Origin: Burkholderiales bacterium
GTDB taxonomy: Bacteria > Pseudomonadota > Gammaproteobacteria > Burkholderiales > Burkholderiaceae_C
Reading direction: 5' to 3'
Length of the DNA stretch: 64,000 nucleotides
Assembly: GCA_038207855.1 (NCBI GenBank)
Contig: JBBQZI010000001.1
Span: 1,053-65,052, forward strand
The notes under the pieces were generated by a model that was not told the origin of the DNA, did no database searches, and worked only from the letters and a program-made list of their open reading frames with translations. Below, one piece after another: positions 32,583-45,575 of the stretch. Positions within the stretch are counted from its first letter, which is position 1. Each line of letters opens with the position of its first letter. A program made the position numbers and the translations under genes.

Positions 32583-35500
32583 TCAGACCAGCACGCGCTC
32601 AATGCCGCCATCATTGGCCAGCTTAACGTAATCGGGCATCCACTGGTCACCCAGAATTTGATTGGCCATTTCGACCACAATGTAATCCGCTTCCAGCAAG
32701 CCGTTTTGCAGGTCTTCGCCAAAGCGGCTCAAGCCTTGCAAACAAGCCGGGCACGAGGTCAGCATTTTGATGTTGGCTTGTGGGCCCACCGCACCGGAGG
32801 CGCGCAACTGCGCTTCACCCTTACGGATTTCTTCTTCCTTGCGAAAACGCACCTGGGTTGAGATGTCCGGCCGATTCAGCGCCAGCGTGCCGGATTCACC
32901 GCAGCAGCGCTCCGACTGGATCACGTTGTCACCCAGCAAGGCCTTGACGGTTTTGAGCGGTTCCTGCAGCTTCATCGGGCTGTGACACGGGTCGTGGAAC
33001 AAAAAGCCACCGGCATTGGGCAGCGTGATGCCCTTCTCAAGCAAGTACTCATGGATGTCAATCATGCGGCTGCCCGGAAATATCTTGTCAAACTCGTAAT
33101 CCTGCAACTGGTCATAACACGTGCCACAACTCACCACCACGGTCTTGATGTCGAGGTAATTGAGCGTGTTGGCCACGCGGTGAAACAGCACGCGGTTGTC
33201 GGTGATCATCTTCTCGGCTTTGTCAAACTGACCACCGCCGCGCTGCGGATAACCGCAACACAAGTAGCCCGGTGGCAGCACGGTTTGCACCCCCGCGTGC
33301 CACAGCATGGCCTGCGTAGCCAAGCCAACCTGGCTGAACAAACGCTCCGATCCACAACCAGGGAAATAAAACACCGCTTCGGTCTCGGCCGTGGTGGTGT
33401 TCGGGTTGCGGATGATCGGCACGTAGTCTTTGTCTTCAATATCGAGCAAGGCACGCGCGGTTTTCTTCGGCAGGCCACCCGGCAACTTCTTGTTGACGAA
33501 GTGGATGATCTGCTCTTTGATAGGGGCCGTGCCCAACGTGGCCGGCGGTGCCTTGGTCTGCTTGCGGCCGATGACCCTAAACACATCGACCGCCATGCGC
33601 TGCGCCCTAATCGCCACATTGACCATCACCGAACGGGCTAGTCTGATGGTCTCCGGGTTGCTCGCATTGAGCAAAAACATGGCCGCAGCACCGGCTGGAC
33701 GGAACGTCTTCTTGCCCATCTTGCGCAACAGGTTGCGCATGTTCATGGAAACATCACCAAAATCAATGTTCACCGGGCACGGGCTCAAACACTTGTGGCA
33801 CACCGTGCAGTGGTCCGCCACGTCTTCAAACTCTTGCCAATGCTTGATCGACACACCGCGGCGCGTCTGCTCTTCGTACAAAAACGCTTCCACCAGCAGC
33901 GAGGTCGCCAAAATCTTGTTGCGCGGGCTATAGAGCAAATTGGCGCGCGGCACATGGGTGGCGCACACCGGTTTGCACTTGCCACAGCGCAGGCAATCTT
34001 TGATGCTGTCGGCAATCGCACCAATGTCGCTCTGCTGCATGATGAGCGACTCATGGCCCATCAAGCCAAAACTTGGCGTGTAGGCGTTGGTCAGGTCGGC
34101 ATATATAGGTAAATTGCCCTCTAGCCCATGTCCTGCTTGCGTAAGTAGCTCCTTATTTCGAAGCAACTTACCTTTGTTGAATCGCCCTTCGGGGTCAATC
34201 CTGGCTTTGTAGTCGGTGAACGGCTGCAGTTCGGCATCGGTCAAAAATTCAAGCTTGGTGATGCCAATGCCGTGCTCTCCCGAGATCACGCCGTCCAGCG
34301 AACGCGCCAGCGCCATGATGCGTTTGACCGCGCCATGGGCGGCTTGCAGCATCTGGTAATCGTCGCTGTTGACCGGGATATTGGTGTGCACATTGCCATC
34401 ACCGGCGTGCATGTGCAGCGCCACCCAAACGCGGCCTTTGAGCACACGCTGGTGGATCGCGTTGCATTCCTTCAAGATCGGCTCAAAAGCCGCGCCTGAG
34501 AAAATTTGCTGCAAAGGCTGACGAATTTGCGTCTTCCAGCTGGCGCGCAAGGAATGGTCCTGCAGCTGGATAAACAGCGGCTCCACATCCTGCAGCCAGC
34601 CGGCCCAAAGCCTGCGAACCTCGCTCAGCAGACCCAGCGCCTGGGCGACCCGGTCTTCCAGCAACTCTGCAGCAGTAATATCACCCGCATCATCCAAATG
34701 GCCCAAAGGCAACTTGCCCTGGCTGAAAAAATCTTCCAACGCATCGCACAGCGCCAGTTTGTTGGCCAGACTGAGCTCGATGTTGATGCGCTCAATGCCA
34801 TCGGTGTATTCGGCCATGCGCGGCAACGGAATCACCACGTCTTCATTGATCTTGAAAGCGTTGGTGTGCTTGGAAATCGCCGCGGTGCGCTTGCGATCCA
34901 GCCAGAACTTTTTGCGCGCCTCGGGGCTGATGGCAATGAAACCCTCGCCGTGGCGGGTATTGGCCATGCGCACCACTTCACTGGTAACGCGCGCCACGTC
35001 GTCCGCATCATCGCCGGCAATATCGCCAAACAGCACCATCTTGGGCACCGTGCTGCTGGAGCCCGCTTGCTGCAATCCACCGCGCTTGCTCTTGGTCGCA
35101 TACCCGACCGCCTTCAGGTAACGGTCGTCCAGGTGTTCCAGCCCGGCCAGTACCACACCGCTGCGCTTTTGCTCAGCAAACATGTAGTCCTTGATGTCCA
35201 CAATGCTCGGCACCGCGTCTTTGGCATTGCCAAAAAACTCCAGACAGACGGTGCGGGTGTGTTTGGGCATGCGGTGCACCACCCAGCGCGCGCTGGTGAT
35301 CAGGCCGTCGCAACCCTCTTTTTGAATGCCGGGCAGACCGCTCAAAAACTTGTCGGTCACGTCCTTGCCCAAGCCTTCTTTGCGGAACGTCTTGCCGGGA
35401 ATATCCAGCCGCTCAGTGCGCAACGGGGTCTTGCCATCGGCCTTGAAATACTGCAGCTCAAAACTGGCCACCTCGACGTCATGGATCTTGCCCATGTTGT

Positions 35501-36515
35501 GGTTGATGCGGGTCACCTCGAGCCACTCGGCCTGTGGCGTCACCATGCGCCAACTGGCCAGGTTGTCCAGCGCCGTACCCCACAGCACAGCCTTCTTGCC
35601 GCCGGCATTCATGGCAATGTTGCCGCCAATGCACGAGGCCTCGGCCGAAGTCGGGTCGACCGCAAAAACGAAACCGGCGCGTTCGGCTGCTTGCGACACG
35701 CGCTGCGTCACCACACCGGCTTCGGTCCAGACGGTGCCGACCTCGTGCTCCAAGCCAGGCAGGCGACGCATTTCGACCTCAGTCATCGCCTCCAATTTTT
35801 CGGTGTTGATCACCACGCTTTTCCAGGTCAATGGAATCGCGCCGCCGGTGTAGCCAGTGCCGCCGCCGCGCGGAATGATGGTCAAACCCAGCTCGATACA
35901 GCCCTTGACCAGGTGCGCCATTTCAACCTCGGTGTCGGGTGTCAGCACCACAAACGGGTACTCGACGCGCCAGTCGGTGGCATCGGTCACATGACTGACC
36001 CGCGACAGGCCATCAAATTTGATGTTGTCTTTGGCGGTTAATTTGGACAAAGTTTTTTGCGCTTTGCGACGCAGCATGGCGGTTTCAACAAACGCTGCAT
36101 CAAACGCCTGCACCGCCTGGCCCGCCGCTTCGAGCAGACGGCCAACCAGCGCATCGCGCTCAGGATCAAACTGGGGTGTGCGACGCTTTTGCACCTCGCT
36201 CAAGCGGTGCTGCAAGGCCTCTACCAGCAGCACCCGGCGTTTCGGGTTGTCCAGCAGGTCATCCTGCAAATAGGGGTTGCGCTGGACTACCCAAATATCA
36301 CCCAGCACCTCGTACAACATGCGCGCCGAACGGCCCGTGTGACGCTCTTCACGCAGGCGGTTCAGCCAACCCCAGGCTGCATCGCCCAGCAGGCGAATGA
36401 CGATTTCTCGGTCAGAAAAAGAGGTGTAGTTGTAGGGGATTTCGCGAATGCGTTCCTGCCCGTGTGGCACAGAGGCATCGGGCAACAAATGGAGGGCTTG
36501 AGTGGGAGCGTTCAT
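32583..36515 (-). CDS. Large FAD-linked oxidase / Fe-S oxidoreductase (DUF3683 type)
   Basis: [30 protein letters not shown], two CxxCxxCxxxC motifs, C-terminal CCG domains. Confidence 0.9.
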   Translation of the reverse strand: MNAPTQALHLLPDASVPHGQERIREIPYNYTSFSDREIVIRLLGDAAWGWLNRLREERHTGRSARMLYEVLGDIWVVQRNPYLQDDLLDNPKRRVLLVEALQHRLSEVQKRRTPQFDPERDALVGRLLEAAGQAVQAFDAAFVETAMLRRKAQKTLSKLTAKDNIKFDGLSRVSHVTDATDWRVEYPFVVLTPDTEVEMAHLVKGCIELGLTIIPRGGGTGYTGGAIPLTWKSVVINTEKLEAMTEVEMRRLPGLEHEVGTVWTEAGVVTQRVSQAAERAGFVFAVDPTSAEASCIGGNIAMNAGGKKAVLWGTALDNLASWRMVTPQAEWLEVTRINHNMGKIHDVEVASFELQYFKADGKTPLRTERLDIPGKTFRKEGLGKDVTDKFLSGLPGIQKEGCDGLITSARWVVHRMPKHTRTVCLEFFGNAKDAVPSIVDIKDYMFAEQKRSGVVLAGLEHLDDRYLKAVGYATKSKRGGLQQAGSSSTVPKMVLFGDIAGDDADDVARVTSEVVRMANTRHGEGFIAISPEARKKFWLDRKRTAAISKHTNAFKINEDVVIPLPRMAEYTDGIERINIELSLANKLALCDALEDFFSQGKLPLGHLDDAGDITAAELLEDRVAQALGLLSEVRRLWAGWLQDVEPLFIQLQDHSLRASWKTQIRQPLQQIFSGAAFEPILKECNAIHQRVLKGRVWVALHMHAGDGNVHTNIPVNSDDYQMLQAAHGAVKRIMALARSLDGVISGEHGIGITKLEFLTDAELQPFTDYKARIDPEGRFNKGKLLRNKELLTQAGHGLEGNLPIYADLTNAYTPSFGLMGHESLIMQQSDIGAIADSIKDCLRCGKCKPVCATHVPRANLLYSPRNKILATSLLVEAFLYEEQTRRGVSIKHWQEFEDVADHCTVCHKCLSPCPVNIDFGDVSMNMRNLLRKMGKKTFRPAGAAAMFLLNASNPETIRLARSVMVNVAIRAQRMAVDVFRVIGRKQTKAPPATLGTAPIKEQIIHFVNKKLPGGLPKKTARALLDIEDKDYVPIIRNPNTTTAETEAVFYFPGCGSERLFSQVGLATQAMLWHAGVQTVLPPGYLCCGYPQRGGGQFDKAEKMITDNRVLFHRVANTLNYLDIKTVVVSCGTCYDQLQDYEFDKIFPGSRMIDIHEYLLEKGITLPNAGGFLFHDPCHSPMKLQEPLKTVKALLGDNVIQSERCCGESGTLALNRPDISTQVRFRKEEEIRKGEAQLRASGAVGPQANIKMLTSCPACLQGLSRFGEDLQNGLLEADYIVVEMANQILGDQWMPDYVKLANDGGIERVLV
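34111..34164 (+). repeat. 54-bp element copy 7 (inside the FAD oxidase gene, antisense)
   Basis: AAATTGCCCTC-TAGCCC-ATGTCCTGCT-TGCGTAAGTA-GCTCC-TTATTTC-GAAGC; protein reads [18 protein letters not shown]. Confidence 0.88.
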
Positions 36516-36742
36516 GGGTTCTAGGCAAGGACAGCCGTTGCGGGGTCAATTGCACAAAATACAAGCGCCCGTAGCTGGGCAGGCGATGTTACCGCAGCGC
36601 AGCATTGCCCTACTGGGGAGGTGGTCGAGATCAGCCAATCGAAACGATTGCACGCCCTGAGCACTTTGTTTGCAGCGGTCATCTCAGCATAAACCCTGAT
36701 GACGACACCCAGTAATCTGCGTTTAATCAAGATTCACGCAGA

Positions 36743-36787
36743 GTGACATACTTTTGACGCAAATGTTTCACATCTGGTCGTTATGCT
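36743..36787 (+). promoter_or_regulatory. Putative tandem Pho boxes and -10 upstream of ugpB
   Basis: 11-bp-period units GTGACAT-ACTT / TTGACGC-AAAT / GTTTCAC-ATCT, then TATGCT at 36782; loose match only. Confidence 0.35.
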
Positions 36788-36814
36788 TCGCCCTGTCACT
36801 TATAGGAGACCTTG

Positions 36815-38125
36815 ATGAAATTGAAACTGGCATTGCTTGCCGTTGCGGCAACATTTACGCTTTCTGCGCAAGCCGCAACCGAAATCCAGTGGTGGCACTC
36901 CATGACAGGCGGCAATGGCGACCGAGTCACCAAGATGGCCGAAGGCTTCAACGCCAGCCAGAGCAACTACAAAGTCGTCCCGGTCTACAAGGGCCAATAC
37001 GCCGAGTCGATGACGGCTGCCATTGCCGCCTACCGGGCCGGCGCAGCACCCAACATCGTGCAGGTGTTCGAGGTCGGCACAGCGACGATGATGTCAGCCA
37101 AGGGCGCGATCAAGCCGGTGTACCAATTGATGAAGGAATCTGGCGAGAAGTTTGACCCCAAGGTCTACGTGAAGGCTGTCGCTGGCTACTACACCGATCG
37201 CAATGGCAACATGTTGTCGTTCCCTTTCAACTCATCAACAGTTGTTTTCTACATCAATAAGGACGCGTTCAAGAAGGCTGGACTGGACCCGAACGTAGCA
37301 CCAAAGACCTGGAAAGAATTCGCTATAACGGCTGGCAAACTCAAGGCCAGCGGTCAGCAATGTGTCTACACGACAGGCTGGCCATCATGGGTGCACGTGG
37401 AAAACTTCAGCGCCTGGCACAACCTGCCCATCGGCACGCTTGAAAATGGCATGGGTGGCACGGCGACCGAGTTCAAAATCAATTCGCCGCAGCACGTTGC
37501 GCACATCCAGGAAATGGCTCAGTTCGCCAAAAATGGCTGGTTTACCTATAGCGGACGAACCAATGAGGGCGAAGCACGCTTTTTCAGTGGCGAATGTGCC
37601 ATGTTGACATCGAGCTCTTCAGCGCTTGATAAGATCAACGCAAGCGCCAAGTTCCCGTTCTCCGTTAACTTCATGCCTTACGACGACAGCATCAAGGGTG
37701 CGCCGCAAAATGCCATCATCGGTGGTGCCAGCCTGTGGGTACTCGGCGGCAAGAAGCCGGTCGAATACAAGGGCGTGGCGCAGTTCCTGAACTACCTCTC
37801 CAGCCCTGAACTGCAGGCCAAATGGCATCAGGGCAGCGGCTACGTGCCGATCACTTACGCGGCAGCCGAACTCACTGCCAAGTCTGGCTTCTACCTGACA
37901 CACCCGGGTGCCGACGTGGCTGTGAAAGAACTCAACCTGAACCCACCGACCGCCAACTCAAAGGGCCTGCGGTTTGGCAACTTCGTCCAGGGGCGCGCGG
38001 TGATCGAGGAAGAGATTGAAGCCGCACTCGCCGGCAAAAAGACCGCTCAGGCCGCGATGGACGATGCCGTTTCGCGTGGCAATGACATCCTGCGCAAGTT
38101 CCAGCGTAGCGCCGGAGACAACTGA
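36815..38125 (+). CDS. ugpB: sn-glycerol-3-phosphate ABC transporter substrate-binding protein
   Basis: Signal peptide, WWHSM, QVFEVGTATMM, PFNSST, IIGGASLW. Confidence 0.95.
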   Translation: MKLKLALLAVAATFTLSAQAATEIQWWHSMTGGNGDRVTKMAEGFNASQSNYKVVPVYKGQYAESMTAAIAAYRAGAAPNIVQVFEVGTATMMSAKGAIKPVYQLMKESGEKFDPKVYVKAVAGYYTDRNGNMLSFPFNSSTVVFYINKDAFKKAGLDPNVAPKTWKEFAITAGKLKASGQQCVYTTGWPSWVHVENFSAWHNLPIGTLENGMGGTATEFKINSPQHVAHIQEMAQFAKNGWFTYSGRTNEGEARFFSGECAMLTSSSSALDKINASAKFPFSVNFMPYDDSIKGAPQNAIIGGASLWVLGGKKPVEYKGVAQFLNYLSSPELQAKWHQGSGYVPITYAAAELTAKSGFYLTHPGADVAVKELNLNPPTANSKGLRFGNFVQGRAVIEEEIEAALAGKKTAQAAMDDAVSRGNDILRKFQRSAGDN

Positions 38126-38142
38126 GCCTCGTTTGCACCATC

Positions 38143-38177
38143 AACACCGGCCGCGGTCAATTACCGCTGTCGGTGTT
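38143..38177 (+). other. Intercistronic stem-loop between ugpB and ugpA (likely mRNA stabiliser or partial terminator)
   Basis: AACACCGGCCGCGGT-CAATT-ACCGCTGTCGGTGTT. Confidence 0.55.
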
Positions 38178-38191
38178 ATGCCTGAGCCACC

Positions 38192-39073
38192 ATGGATAAA
38201 CGTGTTTTCTTTCGTTCTCGCTGGCTGCCCTATCTATTGGTTGCGCCGCAACTCGCCATCACGATAGTGTTTTTCTTCTGGCCTGCTGGTCAGGCGCTGT
38301 GGTTTGCGTTTCTACGCCAGGACGCATTCGGCATGAATGCCGAATTCGCCGGTCTTGAAAACTTCATCTACCTGTTCAACGATTCCGCCTACCTCGATTC
38401 ATTCAGGGTAACCGCCATCTTTTCTCTGCTAGTGGCGACTGGCGGCATCGTGATCGCGCTGGCGCTGGCGGTGCTGGCCAACCGCGTCATCCGCGGTGCG
38501 CTGCTGTACCGAACGCTGCTGATCTGGCCCTATGCGGTGGCAGCCGCCGTAGCGGGGGTGTTGTGGGGCTTCCTGTTTGCGCCATCAATCGGCATCGTGA
38601 CCTTTGTTTTGAAACAGTTTGGCATCGACTGGAACTGGGTGCTGCAGGGCGACCAAGCCATGCTGCTGGTCGTGATCGCGTCGATCTGGAAACAGATTTC
38701 ATACAACTTTCTGTTCTTTCTCGCTGGTTTGCAATCCATTCCAAAATCCCTCATAGAGGCTGCCGCCATTGACGGTGCACGCCCGATGCGGCGCTTCTGG
38801 ACCATCGTCTTTCCGCTGCTATCGCCGGTAACGTTCTTTTTGCTGGTCGTCAACATCGTCTATGCATTCTTCGACACTTTTGGTGTCATCGATGCCACCA
38901 CTGGCGGCGGACCTGCCGGGGCGACGCAGATTCTTGTCTATAAAGTCTATGTCGATGGTGTCAAATCGGCTGACCTCGGGGGCTCGTCGGCCCAGTCGGC
39001 AATTTTGATGTTGATCGTCGTTGCCCTGACCGTGGTTCAGTTCCGGTTCGTGGAACGTAAGGTAACTTACTGA
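38192..39073 (+). CDS. ugpA: G3P ABC transporter permease
   Basis: [18 protein letters not shown] motif. Confidence 0.95.
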   Translation: MDKRVFFRSRWLPYLLVAPQLAITIVFFFWPAGQALWFAFLRQDAFGMNAEFAGLENFIYLFNDSAYLDSFRVTAIFSLLVATGGIVIALALAVLANRVIRGALLYRTLLIWPYAVAAAVAGVLWGFLFAPSIGIVTFVLKQFGIDWNWVLQGDQAMLLVVIASIWKQISYNFLFFLAGLQSIPKSLIEAAAIDGARPMRRFWTIVFPLLSPVTFFLLVVNIVYAFFDTFGVIDATTGGGPAGATQILVYKVYVDGVKSADLGGSSAQSAILMLIVVALTVVQFRFVERKVTY

Positions 39074-39921
39074 TGGTCGAACACCGCCCGGTACTGACGT
39101 TCATGACGCATCTGGTGCTGGTGCTCGGCATCATCGTTATCGCCTTTCCTTTGTACGTCACTTTTGTCGCTTCAACCTTGACGCTTGATCAAGTGCTTGA
39201 GGTGCCGATGCGGCTGCTGCCAGGCGACCAGTTCTGGGCCAACTACAGCCAGGTACTAAGTTCGGGTTCGACACGGGGTTCTTCCGCGCCGGTGGCGCAG
39301 ATGATGCTCAACAGCCTCATCATGGCGCTGGTGATTGCGGTCGGCAAGATCGCCATCTCGATCATCAGTTCATTTGCCATCGTCTACTTCCGATTCCCGC
39401 TGCGCAAATTCTTCTTCTGGATGATTTTCATCACCCTGATGCTGCCAGTCGAGGTGCGCATCATCCCGACCTTCAAGGTGGTGGCCGACCTGGGCATGCT
39501 CAACAGTTACGCTGGCTTGACCCTGCCGCTGATCGCGTCTGCCACTGCAACGTTTCTGTTCCGCCAGTTCTTCATGACGGTGCCCGACGAGCTCGCCGAG
39601 GCCGCGCGCATGGACGGCGCTGGGCCCATGCGCTTTTTTTTCGATGTGCTGCTGCCGCTGTCGGCGACCACCATCGCAGCACTGTTCGTGATCCAGTTCA
39701 TCTACGGCTGGAACCAGTACTTGTGGCCACTGCTGATTACCAATGACGAGTCGATGTACACGGCCGTCATCGGCATCAAGCGCATGATTGTGGGCGGCGA
39801 CGCGTTGACCGAGTGGAACCTCGTCATGGCCACCGCCATCCTAGCGATGCTGCCGCCAGCGCTGGTCGTGGTGTTGATGCAGAAGTGGTTTGTCAAAGGG
39901 CTGGTCGATACGGAAAAGTAA
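39073..39921 (+). CDS. ugpE: G3P ABC transporter permease
   Basis: [28 protein letters not shown]. Confidence 0.95.
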   Translation: MVEHRPVLTFMTHLVLVLGIIVIAFPLYVTFVASTLTLDQVLEVPMRLLPGDQFWANYSQVLSSGSTRGSSAPVAQMMLNSLIMALVIAVGKIAISIISSFAIVYFRFPLRKFFFWMIFITLMLPVEVRIIPTFKVVADLGMLNSYAGLTLPLIASATATFLFRQFFMTVPDELAEAARMDGAGPMRFFFDVLLPLSATTIAALFVIQFIYGWNQYLWPLLITNDESMYTAVIGIKRMIVGGDALTEWNLVMATAILAMLPPALVVVLMQKWFVKGLVDTEK

Positions 39922-40949
39922 TGGCTTCAATCACATTAAAAAATATCGTCAAGCGCTACGGCACGGGCAAAACTGCCAACCAGGTCATCCACGGGGTTAG
40001 CGCCGACATTTTGGACGGCGAATTCGTCGTCATTGTCGGGCCCTCTGGCTGCGGCAAGTCCACCCTATTGCGCATGGTGGCTGGACTGGAAGAAGTTACT
40101 GGCGGCGATATTTCGATTGGCAACCGGGTCGTCAACAAGCTGGAGCCGTCGGAGCGCGACATCGCCATGGTGTTCCAAAACTATGCGCTGTACCCGCACA
40201 TGAGTGTGTTTGACAACATGGCCTACGGACTGAAAATTGCCAAGGTTCCGCCAAGTGAAATCAAGGCGCGGGTCGACAAGGCCGCCAAAATACTGGAGAT
40301 TGGTGCGTTTTTGATGCGTAAGCCGCGCGACCTGTCGGGTGGTCAGCGCCAGCGCGTTGCCATGGGCCGTGCCATCGTGCGACAGCCGCAGGTGTTTTTG
40401 TTTGACGAACCTTTGTCCAATCTGGATGCCAAGCTGCGTGCCCAGACCCGCCTTGAAATCCAGAAACTGCACCGCGAACTCGGCATCACCAGCCTGTTTG
40501 TTACCCACGATCAGGTTGAAGCCATGACGCTGGCCCAACGCATGATGGTGATGAATGCCGGCGTGATGGAGCAGTTTGGCACGCCAGAAGAGGTCTACAA
40601 CCGACCGGCCAGCACTTTCGTGGCTGGCTTCATGGGCTCGCCACCGATGAATTTATTGCAAAACGCCCCTGACGCACCGGCCAACACCATCGTCGGCATT
40701 CGCCCCGAACACCTGGACATTACCCCGAGTGGCTGGGGATTGAAGGTTGAGGCGGTTGAGATGCTGGGCGCCGAGCGACTCACCTATGGCCGCTGGACCC
40801 ACGGCAGCGCTGACGAATTGGTCATCATCCGCACCGAAGAATCGCACGCCGCGCCCGCGCTGGGCAGCACCATCTGCGTCACGCCCCGCTCGGACAAAAT
40901 TCACCACTTTGAGGCGGCGAGCGGCAAACGCAAAGAGATCACCACATGA
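39921..40949 (+). CDS. ugpC: G3P ABC transporter ATPase
   Basis: [26 protein letters not shown]; TAATG overlap with ugpE. Confidence 0.95.
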   Translation: MASITLKNIVKRYGTGKTANQVIHGVSADILDGEFVVIVGPSGCGKSTLLRMVAGLEEVTGGDISIGNRVVNKLEPSERDIAMVFQNYALYPHMSVFDNMAYGLKIAKVPPSEIKARVDKAAKILEIGAFLMRKPRDLSGGQRQRVAMGRAIVRQPQVFLFDEPLSNLDAKLRAQTRLEIQKLHRELGITSLFVTHDQVEAMTLAQRMMVMNAGVMEQFGTPEEVYNRPASTFVAGFMGSPPMNLLQNAPDAPANTIVGIRPEHLDITPSGWGLKVEAVEMLGAERLTYGRWTHGSADELVIIRTEESHAAPALGSTICVTPRSDKIHHFEAASGKRKEITT

Positions 40950-41719
40950 AAACCACACTGACAAATTGGCCCTATCCACGTTGGGTTGCCCACCGCGGCG
41001 CCGGCAAACTGGCCCCCGAAAATACGCTGGCGGCTTTTCGTTGCGGTGCTGCCCACGGCTACCGCATGTTCGAATGCGATGTCAAGCTGAGTGCTGATGA
41101 CGTGCCGTTTTTGATGCACGACGACACTTTGCAGCGCACCACCAATGCGCGCGACGTACTCGGCGCGGGCCAAAGCGCCGTGGCTGGCGACTACCCGTGG
41201 GGCAAACTAGCCATGCTTGATGCAGGCAGTTGGCATTCCCGCGCCTTTGTTGGCGAACCGTTGCCGACATTTGAGGCGATTGCCCGCTACTGCCTGCACA
41301 ACCATTATTTTTTGAACATCGAAATCAAACCCACTCCGGGCACCGAATACCACACCGGCCAGGTAGTGGCGCAGCATGCCGCGCGGCTCTGGCTTGGCGC
41401 TGCGGTGCCGCCTTTGATGACCTCATTTGATGTGGCAGCACTGGAAGGAGCGCTGCAAGCCCAGCCCGAATTGCCGCGCGGCCTGTTGCTGGAATACCTG
41501 TGGACCGGCTGGCTGGAAACCGCGTTGCGCCTGGGTTGTGTGGCCATCGTGTGCGACCACGCGCTGTGGGACACCTCCAGCATCACCCAAGCCAAAAGCG
41601 CCGGTTTCAGAACGCTGAGCTACACCGTCAATGAGCTAACAACGGCACAACAATTGATCGATTTGGGCGTGGACGGCATCATCACCGACCGGGTTGATTT
41701 GTTTTCACCTGCAGCCTGA
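40946..41719 (+). CDS. ugpQ: Glycerophosphodiester phosphodiesterase
   Basis: [31 protein letters not shown]. Confidence 0.95.
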   Translation: MKTTLTNWPYPRWVAHRGAGKLAPENTLAAFRCGAAHGYRMFECDVKLSADDVPFLMHDDTLQRTTNARDVLGAGQSAVAGDYPWGKLAMLDAGSWHSRAFVGEPLPTFEAIARYCLHNHYFLNIEIKPTPGTEYHTGQVVAQHAARLWLGAAVPPLMTSFDVAALEGALQAQPELPRGLLLEYLWTGWLETALRLGCVAIVCDHALWDTSSITQAKSAGFRTLSYTVNELTTAQQLIDLGVDGIITDRVDLFSPAA

Positions 41720-41752
41720 ATGCAAGCCATTGCAGCGCACGGCAACAGCGGT

Positions 41753-42031
41753 TCAGCTCCGCCAGCCGCGCTGCAACCACCACTGACAACTTGCAGCACA
41801 CGCCACCAAAGCCAGGTAGGTCAGCATCATGCCATCATGCCCAAATAGCAACAGTCCAGCAACAAGCAGCACCACGCATACTACAAAATTAATAGCTATC
41901 TGTGCAAGCAGTCTATGGGCTGCAGGTCTTTTTTTCATAAAAATCTTGGACAGGATCGGCACCAGCAAGGCCAGCCAGAAGGCCGGTGCCAGTAAGTTGA
42001 TGGCGTGGTTGAGCAGCGCGAGAATGCCCAT
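41753..42031 (-). CDS. Small membrane protein of unknown function
   Basis: About three hydrophobic segments; divergent from hemA. Confidence 0.7.
   Translation of the reverse strand: MGILALLNHAINLLAPAFWLALLVPILSKIFMKKRPAAHRLLAQIAINFVVCVVLLVAGLLLFGHDGMMLTYLALVACAASCQWWLQRGWRS
41880..41933 (-). repeat. 54-bp element copy 8 (inside the small membrane protein gene)
   Basis: AAAAAGACCTG-CAGCCC-ATAGACTGCT-TGCACAGATA-GCTAT-TAATTTT-GTAGT; reads KRPAAHRLLAQIAINFV. Confidence 0.8.
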
Positions 42032-42102
42032 CAATGGATCCTTGAGGAAAAGAAAAAATGATACAAGTCAAAGTGCATGGACAGTGATTTTATAATCTGG
42101 CC

Positions 42103-43362
42103 ATGGCAGTCTGGGCATTAGGCATCAATCACACGACCGCACCGCTCGATCTGCGCGGTCGGTTTGCGTTCGCCATCGACCAGGTCGCGCCCACTTTGCA
42201 TGCCTTGCGCGGTGCGCTGACCCGAACACCCGAGGCGGCGCTGATCTCCACTTGCAACCGCACAGAAATTTATTGCGCTGGCGAACAAGCCCAGCTACAG
42301 CACACGCTGGACTGGCTGGCGCACAGTGGCGGCGTTTCATCTGAACTGTTGCGCGCCCACTCCTACACCCTCGAAGATGGCTTGGCTGCGCGTCATGCGT
42401 TTCGGGTTGCCAGCGGGCTCGATTCCATGGTGCTGGGCGAGCCGCAGATTCTGGGCCAGATCAAAGATGCGGTCCGCGCTGCCGAAGCCGCCGGTGCGCT
42501 GGGCACCACCCTGAGCCAACTGTTTCAACGCTCGTTTGCAGTCGCCAAAGAGGTCCGCACATCAACCGAAATTGGCGCGCACTCCATCAGCATGGCAGCC
42601 GCTGCGGTGCGACTGGCCGGTCAATTATTTGAAGACCTGAGCGAGGTCAAGGTGCTGTTTGTGGGTGCCGGCGAAATGATCGACCTGTGCGCCACCCACT
42701 TTGCCGCCAAAAAGCCCAAAAATATCACCATTGCCAACCGCACGCTATCGCGCGGCGAAGAATTGGCCAACAAGTTTGGCGCTGATGTGATGCGCCTGGC
42801 TGATCTGCCGGACCGGCTACACGAGTTTGATGCGGTGGTCAGCTGCACCGCCAGCACGTTGCCACTGATCGGGCTGGGCTCGGTTGAGCGGGCGTTGAAG
42901 CGCCGCCGCCGCCGCCCCATGTTCATGGTCGACCTGGCTGTGCCACGCGACATCGAAGTTGAAGTCAAAGCCCTTGAGGATGTCTATCTCTACACGGTGG
43001 ACGATCTGGCCAGCGTGGTGCAAACCGCCCAAGCCAGCCGCCAGGCTGCCGTGGCGCAGGCCGAAGCCATTGTTGATGCCGGCGTGCAGAGCTTTTTGCA
43101 CTGGATCGAGCAGCGCAACACGGTTCCGCTGATCCAGCAACTGTGCGCCCAAACCGATGAGTGGCGCGCCATTGAAATTGCCCGCGCCCGCAAGCTGCTG
43201 GCCAAGGGTGAAAACGTCGATGCCGTGCTGGAGGCGCTGTCGCGCGGTCTGACGCAAAAAATGCTGCATGGTGCCATGGCTGAATTGCGCGGCGGTGACG
43301 CAGCGGCCCGTGAGCGCGCCAGCACCGCGGTGCACCACTTCTTTTTGCGCAAAGAGCGTTAG
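42103..43362 (+). CDS. hemA: Glutamyl-tRNA reductase
   Basis: [36 protein letters not shown]. Confidence 0.97.
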   Translation: MAVWALGINHTTAPLDLRGRFAFAIDQVAPTLHALRGALTRTPEAALISTCNRTEIYCAGEQAQLQHTLDWLAHSGGVSSELLRAHSYTLEDGLAARHAFRVASGLDSMVLGEPQILGQIKDAVRAAEAAGALGTTLSQLFQRSFAVAKEVRTSTEIGAHSISMAAAAVRLAGQLFEDLSEVKVLFVGAGEMIDLCATHFAAKKPKNITIANRTLSRGEELANKFGADVMRLADLPDRLHEFDAVVSCTASTLPLIGLGSVERALKRRRRRPMFMVDLAVPRDIEVEVKALEDVYLYTVDDLASVVQTAQASRQAAVAQAEAIVDAGVQSFLHWIEQRNTVPLIQQLCAQTDEWRAIEIARARKLLAKGENVDAVLEALSRGLTQKMLHGAMAELRGGDAAARERASTAVHHFFLRKER

Positions 43363-43482
43363 CTGCACTGCCGTTGCAGCCCAGCCGATGCTTGGGTCAG
43401 CAAGAATACTTGCAGATCGGATGAGCACAGCGTCATCCGACCATTCACTTGCCATTTTTGGTTTTACCCCACCTCACTCGCC

Positions 43483-44601
43483 ATGAAACCCTTTCTTCGC
43501 CAACAACTTGCCCGCTACGCTGACCGCCTGGGCGAGCTTGAATTTTTGCTGTCACGCCCGGACATCATGAGCGACATGGCGCAGTTTTTACTGCTCTCGC
43601 GTGAGCACACCGATGTAGCCGCCGTGGCCAGCCGCTGGCTGCGCTACCAGCAGCGCGAATCTGACTTGGCAGCCGCCCAGGAACTGCTCAAAGCCTCCAG
43701 CGACGATGCCGATATGGCAGAAATGGCGCAAGAAGAAGTCGACAGCGCCAACGCCGAGTTGCAGCAGCTCGATACCGAATTGCAGCGCATGCTACTGCCC
43801 AAAGACCCGGATGACGCACGCCCGGCGTTTGTCGAAATCCGCGCTGGCACCGGTGGCGACGAATCAGCCCTGTTTGCCGCCGACCTGGCCCGCATGTATC
43901 TGCGCTACTGTGACCGCAAGGGCTGGAAGCACGAGATCATCAGCGAATCTGCCAGCGAACTTGGCGGCTACAAAGAGCTGGTGCTGCGCGTTGAAGGCGG
44001 GGCTGGTGACGGCCCCTCCGGTAGCGGAGTCTATGGCGCACTCAAGTTCGAGTCGGGCGGCCACCGCGTGCAACGCGTACCGGTGACCGAGACCCAGGGT
44101 CGCATCCACACCAGCGCTTGCACCGTGGCCGTGATGGCCGAGCCCGATGAAGCCGAAGCTATCAAGATCAACCCGGCCGATCTGCGCATTGATACCTACC
44201 GCGCGAGCGGTGCCGGTGGCCAGCACATCAACAAAACCGACTCGGCTGTGCGCATTACCCACCTGCCCACCGGCACCGTGGCGGAATGCCAGGATGGCCG
44301 CAGCCAGCACGCCAACAAGGCCCAGGCGTTGCGCGTGTTGACCGCCCGCATTCAAGAAAAAGACCGTGCCGAGCGCGCTGCCAAAGAGTCGGCCGAGCGC
44401 AAAGGCCTGGTCGGCAGCGGCGACCGCAGCGACCGCATTCGCACCTACAACTTTCCCCAAGGCCGCCTGACCGACCACCGCATCAACCTGACCCTCTACA
44501 AATTGTTGACCATCATAGAAGGTGACTTGGATGATGTGATTGGCGCCCTGCAAGCGCACGAGGCAGCGCAGCAACTGGCCGCGCTGGAACTCAATGCTTG
44601 A
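43483..44601 (+). CDS. prfA: Peptide chain release factor 1
   Basis: [10 protein letters not shown] (PxT), GAGGQH, RTYNFPQ. Confidence 0.97.
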   Translation: MKPFLRQQLARYADRLGELEFLLSRPDIMSDMAQFLLLSREHTDVAAVASRWLRYQQRESDLAAAQELLKASSDDADMAEMAQEEVDSANAELQQLDTELQRMLLPKDPDDARPAFVEIRAGTGGDESALFAADLARMYLRYCDRKGWKHEIISESASELGGYKELVLRVEGGAGDGPSGSGVYGALKFESGGHRVQRVPVTETQGRIHTSACTVAVMAEPDEAEAIKINPADLRIDTYRASGAGGQHINKTDSAVRITHLPTGTVAECQDGRSQHANKAQALRVLTARIQEKDRAERAAKESAERKGLVGSGDRSDRIRTYNFPQGRLTDHRINLTLYKLLTIIEGDLDDVIGALQAHEAAQQLAALELNA

Positions 44602-44607
44602 GTAACC

Positions 44608-44661
44608 AAATATGCTTCTAGCCCTTATGTAACATGCGTAAGTAGCTATTATTTATATAGT
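44608..44661 (+). repeat. 54-bp element copy 9 (fills the prfA-prmC spacer)
   Basis: AAATATGCTTC-TAGCCC-TTATGTAACA-TGCGTAAGTA-GCTAT-TATTTAT-ATAGT. Confidence 0.92.
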
Positions 44662-44663
44662 AA

Positions 44664-45575
44664 ATGACTGATATCGGCACACACACTCAAACACTGGCGC
44701 AAGCCCTGCTGAGCCTGCAGACGCAGGGGCTGGAGCGGCTCGACGCGCAATTGCTGCTGCTGCATGTGCTCGGCCAGCCGCTAGCGCAGCGTGGCTGGCT
44801 GCTGGCGCACAACACCAATCTGTTGCCCACTGCCATTGAAAGCCAGCTCCAGCTGCTGGCGCAGCGCCGCCTGGCGGGTGAACCCGTGGCCTACCTGACG
44901 GGCTCTAAAGCGTTTTACGGTCTGGATTTACAGGTTAACCCCGATGTATTGGTGCCCCGGCCCGATACCGAAACCCTGGTCGATTGGGCGCTGGAGCAGC
45001 TGGCGGCGCTGTTAACACCACCGACCACGGCACACGACCATTCTTTGCACAGCGCATGCGCAGCACCGAGCGTGCTTGATCTGGGCACCGGCAGCGGGGC
45101 CATTGCCTTGGCGCTCAAGGCCAAGCAGCCAGCGTTGCAAGTCTGGGCGACCGATTTCAGCGCAACAGCGCTCGCCACGGCCCAGATTAATGCGCAGCGA
45201 CTCCAGCTTGGCGTGCAGTTCAGCCAAGGAGCCTGGTTTGCCGCCCTGCCCGCCCGCGCCATGGCGTTCGACTGCATCGTCTCCAACCCGCCCTATATCG
45301 CCGATGCCGACCCGCACCTGGCTGCCCTCAGCTTTGAGCCACAGTCAGCTCTCACCAGCGGTGTTGACGGGCTTGATGACCTGCGCCAGATCATTGCCGA
45401 TGCGCCACACCACTTAAAGGCCGGCGGTTGGTTGCTGTTGGAGCATGGCTACGACCAAGCGCTCGCGGTACGCCACTTGCTGCAAGCACGCGGCTTTGCC
45501 CAAGTGCAATCGCGCTGCGACCTTTCTGGCATTGAGCGCTGCAGCGGCGGGCAATGGCCAGCCCAACGTCAATGA
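44664..45575 (+). CDS. prmC: Release factor glutamine methyltransferase
   Basis: PRPDTE, DLGTGSG, SNPPY. Confidence 0.95.
   Translation: MTDIGTHTQTLAQALLSLQTQGLERLDAQLLLLHVLGQPLAQRGWLLAHNTNLLPTAIESQLQLLAQRRLAGEPVAYLTGSKAFYGLDLQVNPDVLVPRPDTETLVDWALEQLAALLTPPTTAHDHSLHSACAAPSVLDLGTGSGAIALALKAKQPALQVWATDFSATALATAQINAQRLQLGVQFSQGAWFAALPARAMAFDCIVSNPPYIADADPHLAALSFEPQSALTSGVDGLDDLRQIIADAPHHLKAGGWLLLEHGYDQALAVRHLLQARGFAQVQSRCDLSGIERCSGGQWPAQRQ

Noticed and set aside
34506-36041. 511-aa plus-strand ORF
   Set aside because: Antisense shadow of the FAD oxidase gene
36516-36740. Possible tRNA or ncRNA in the long intergenic region
   Set aside because: No cloverleaf, T-loop or recognisable riboswitch motif seen
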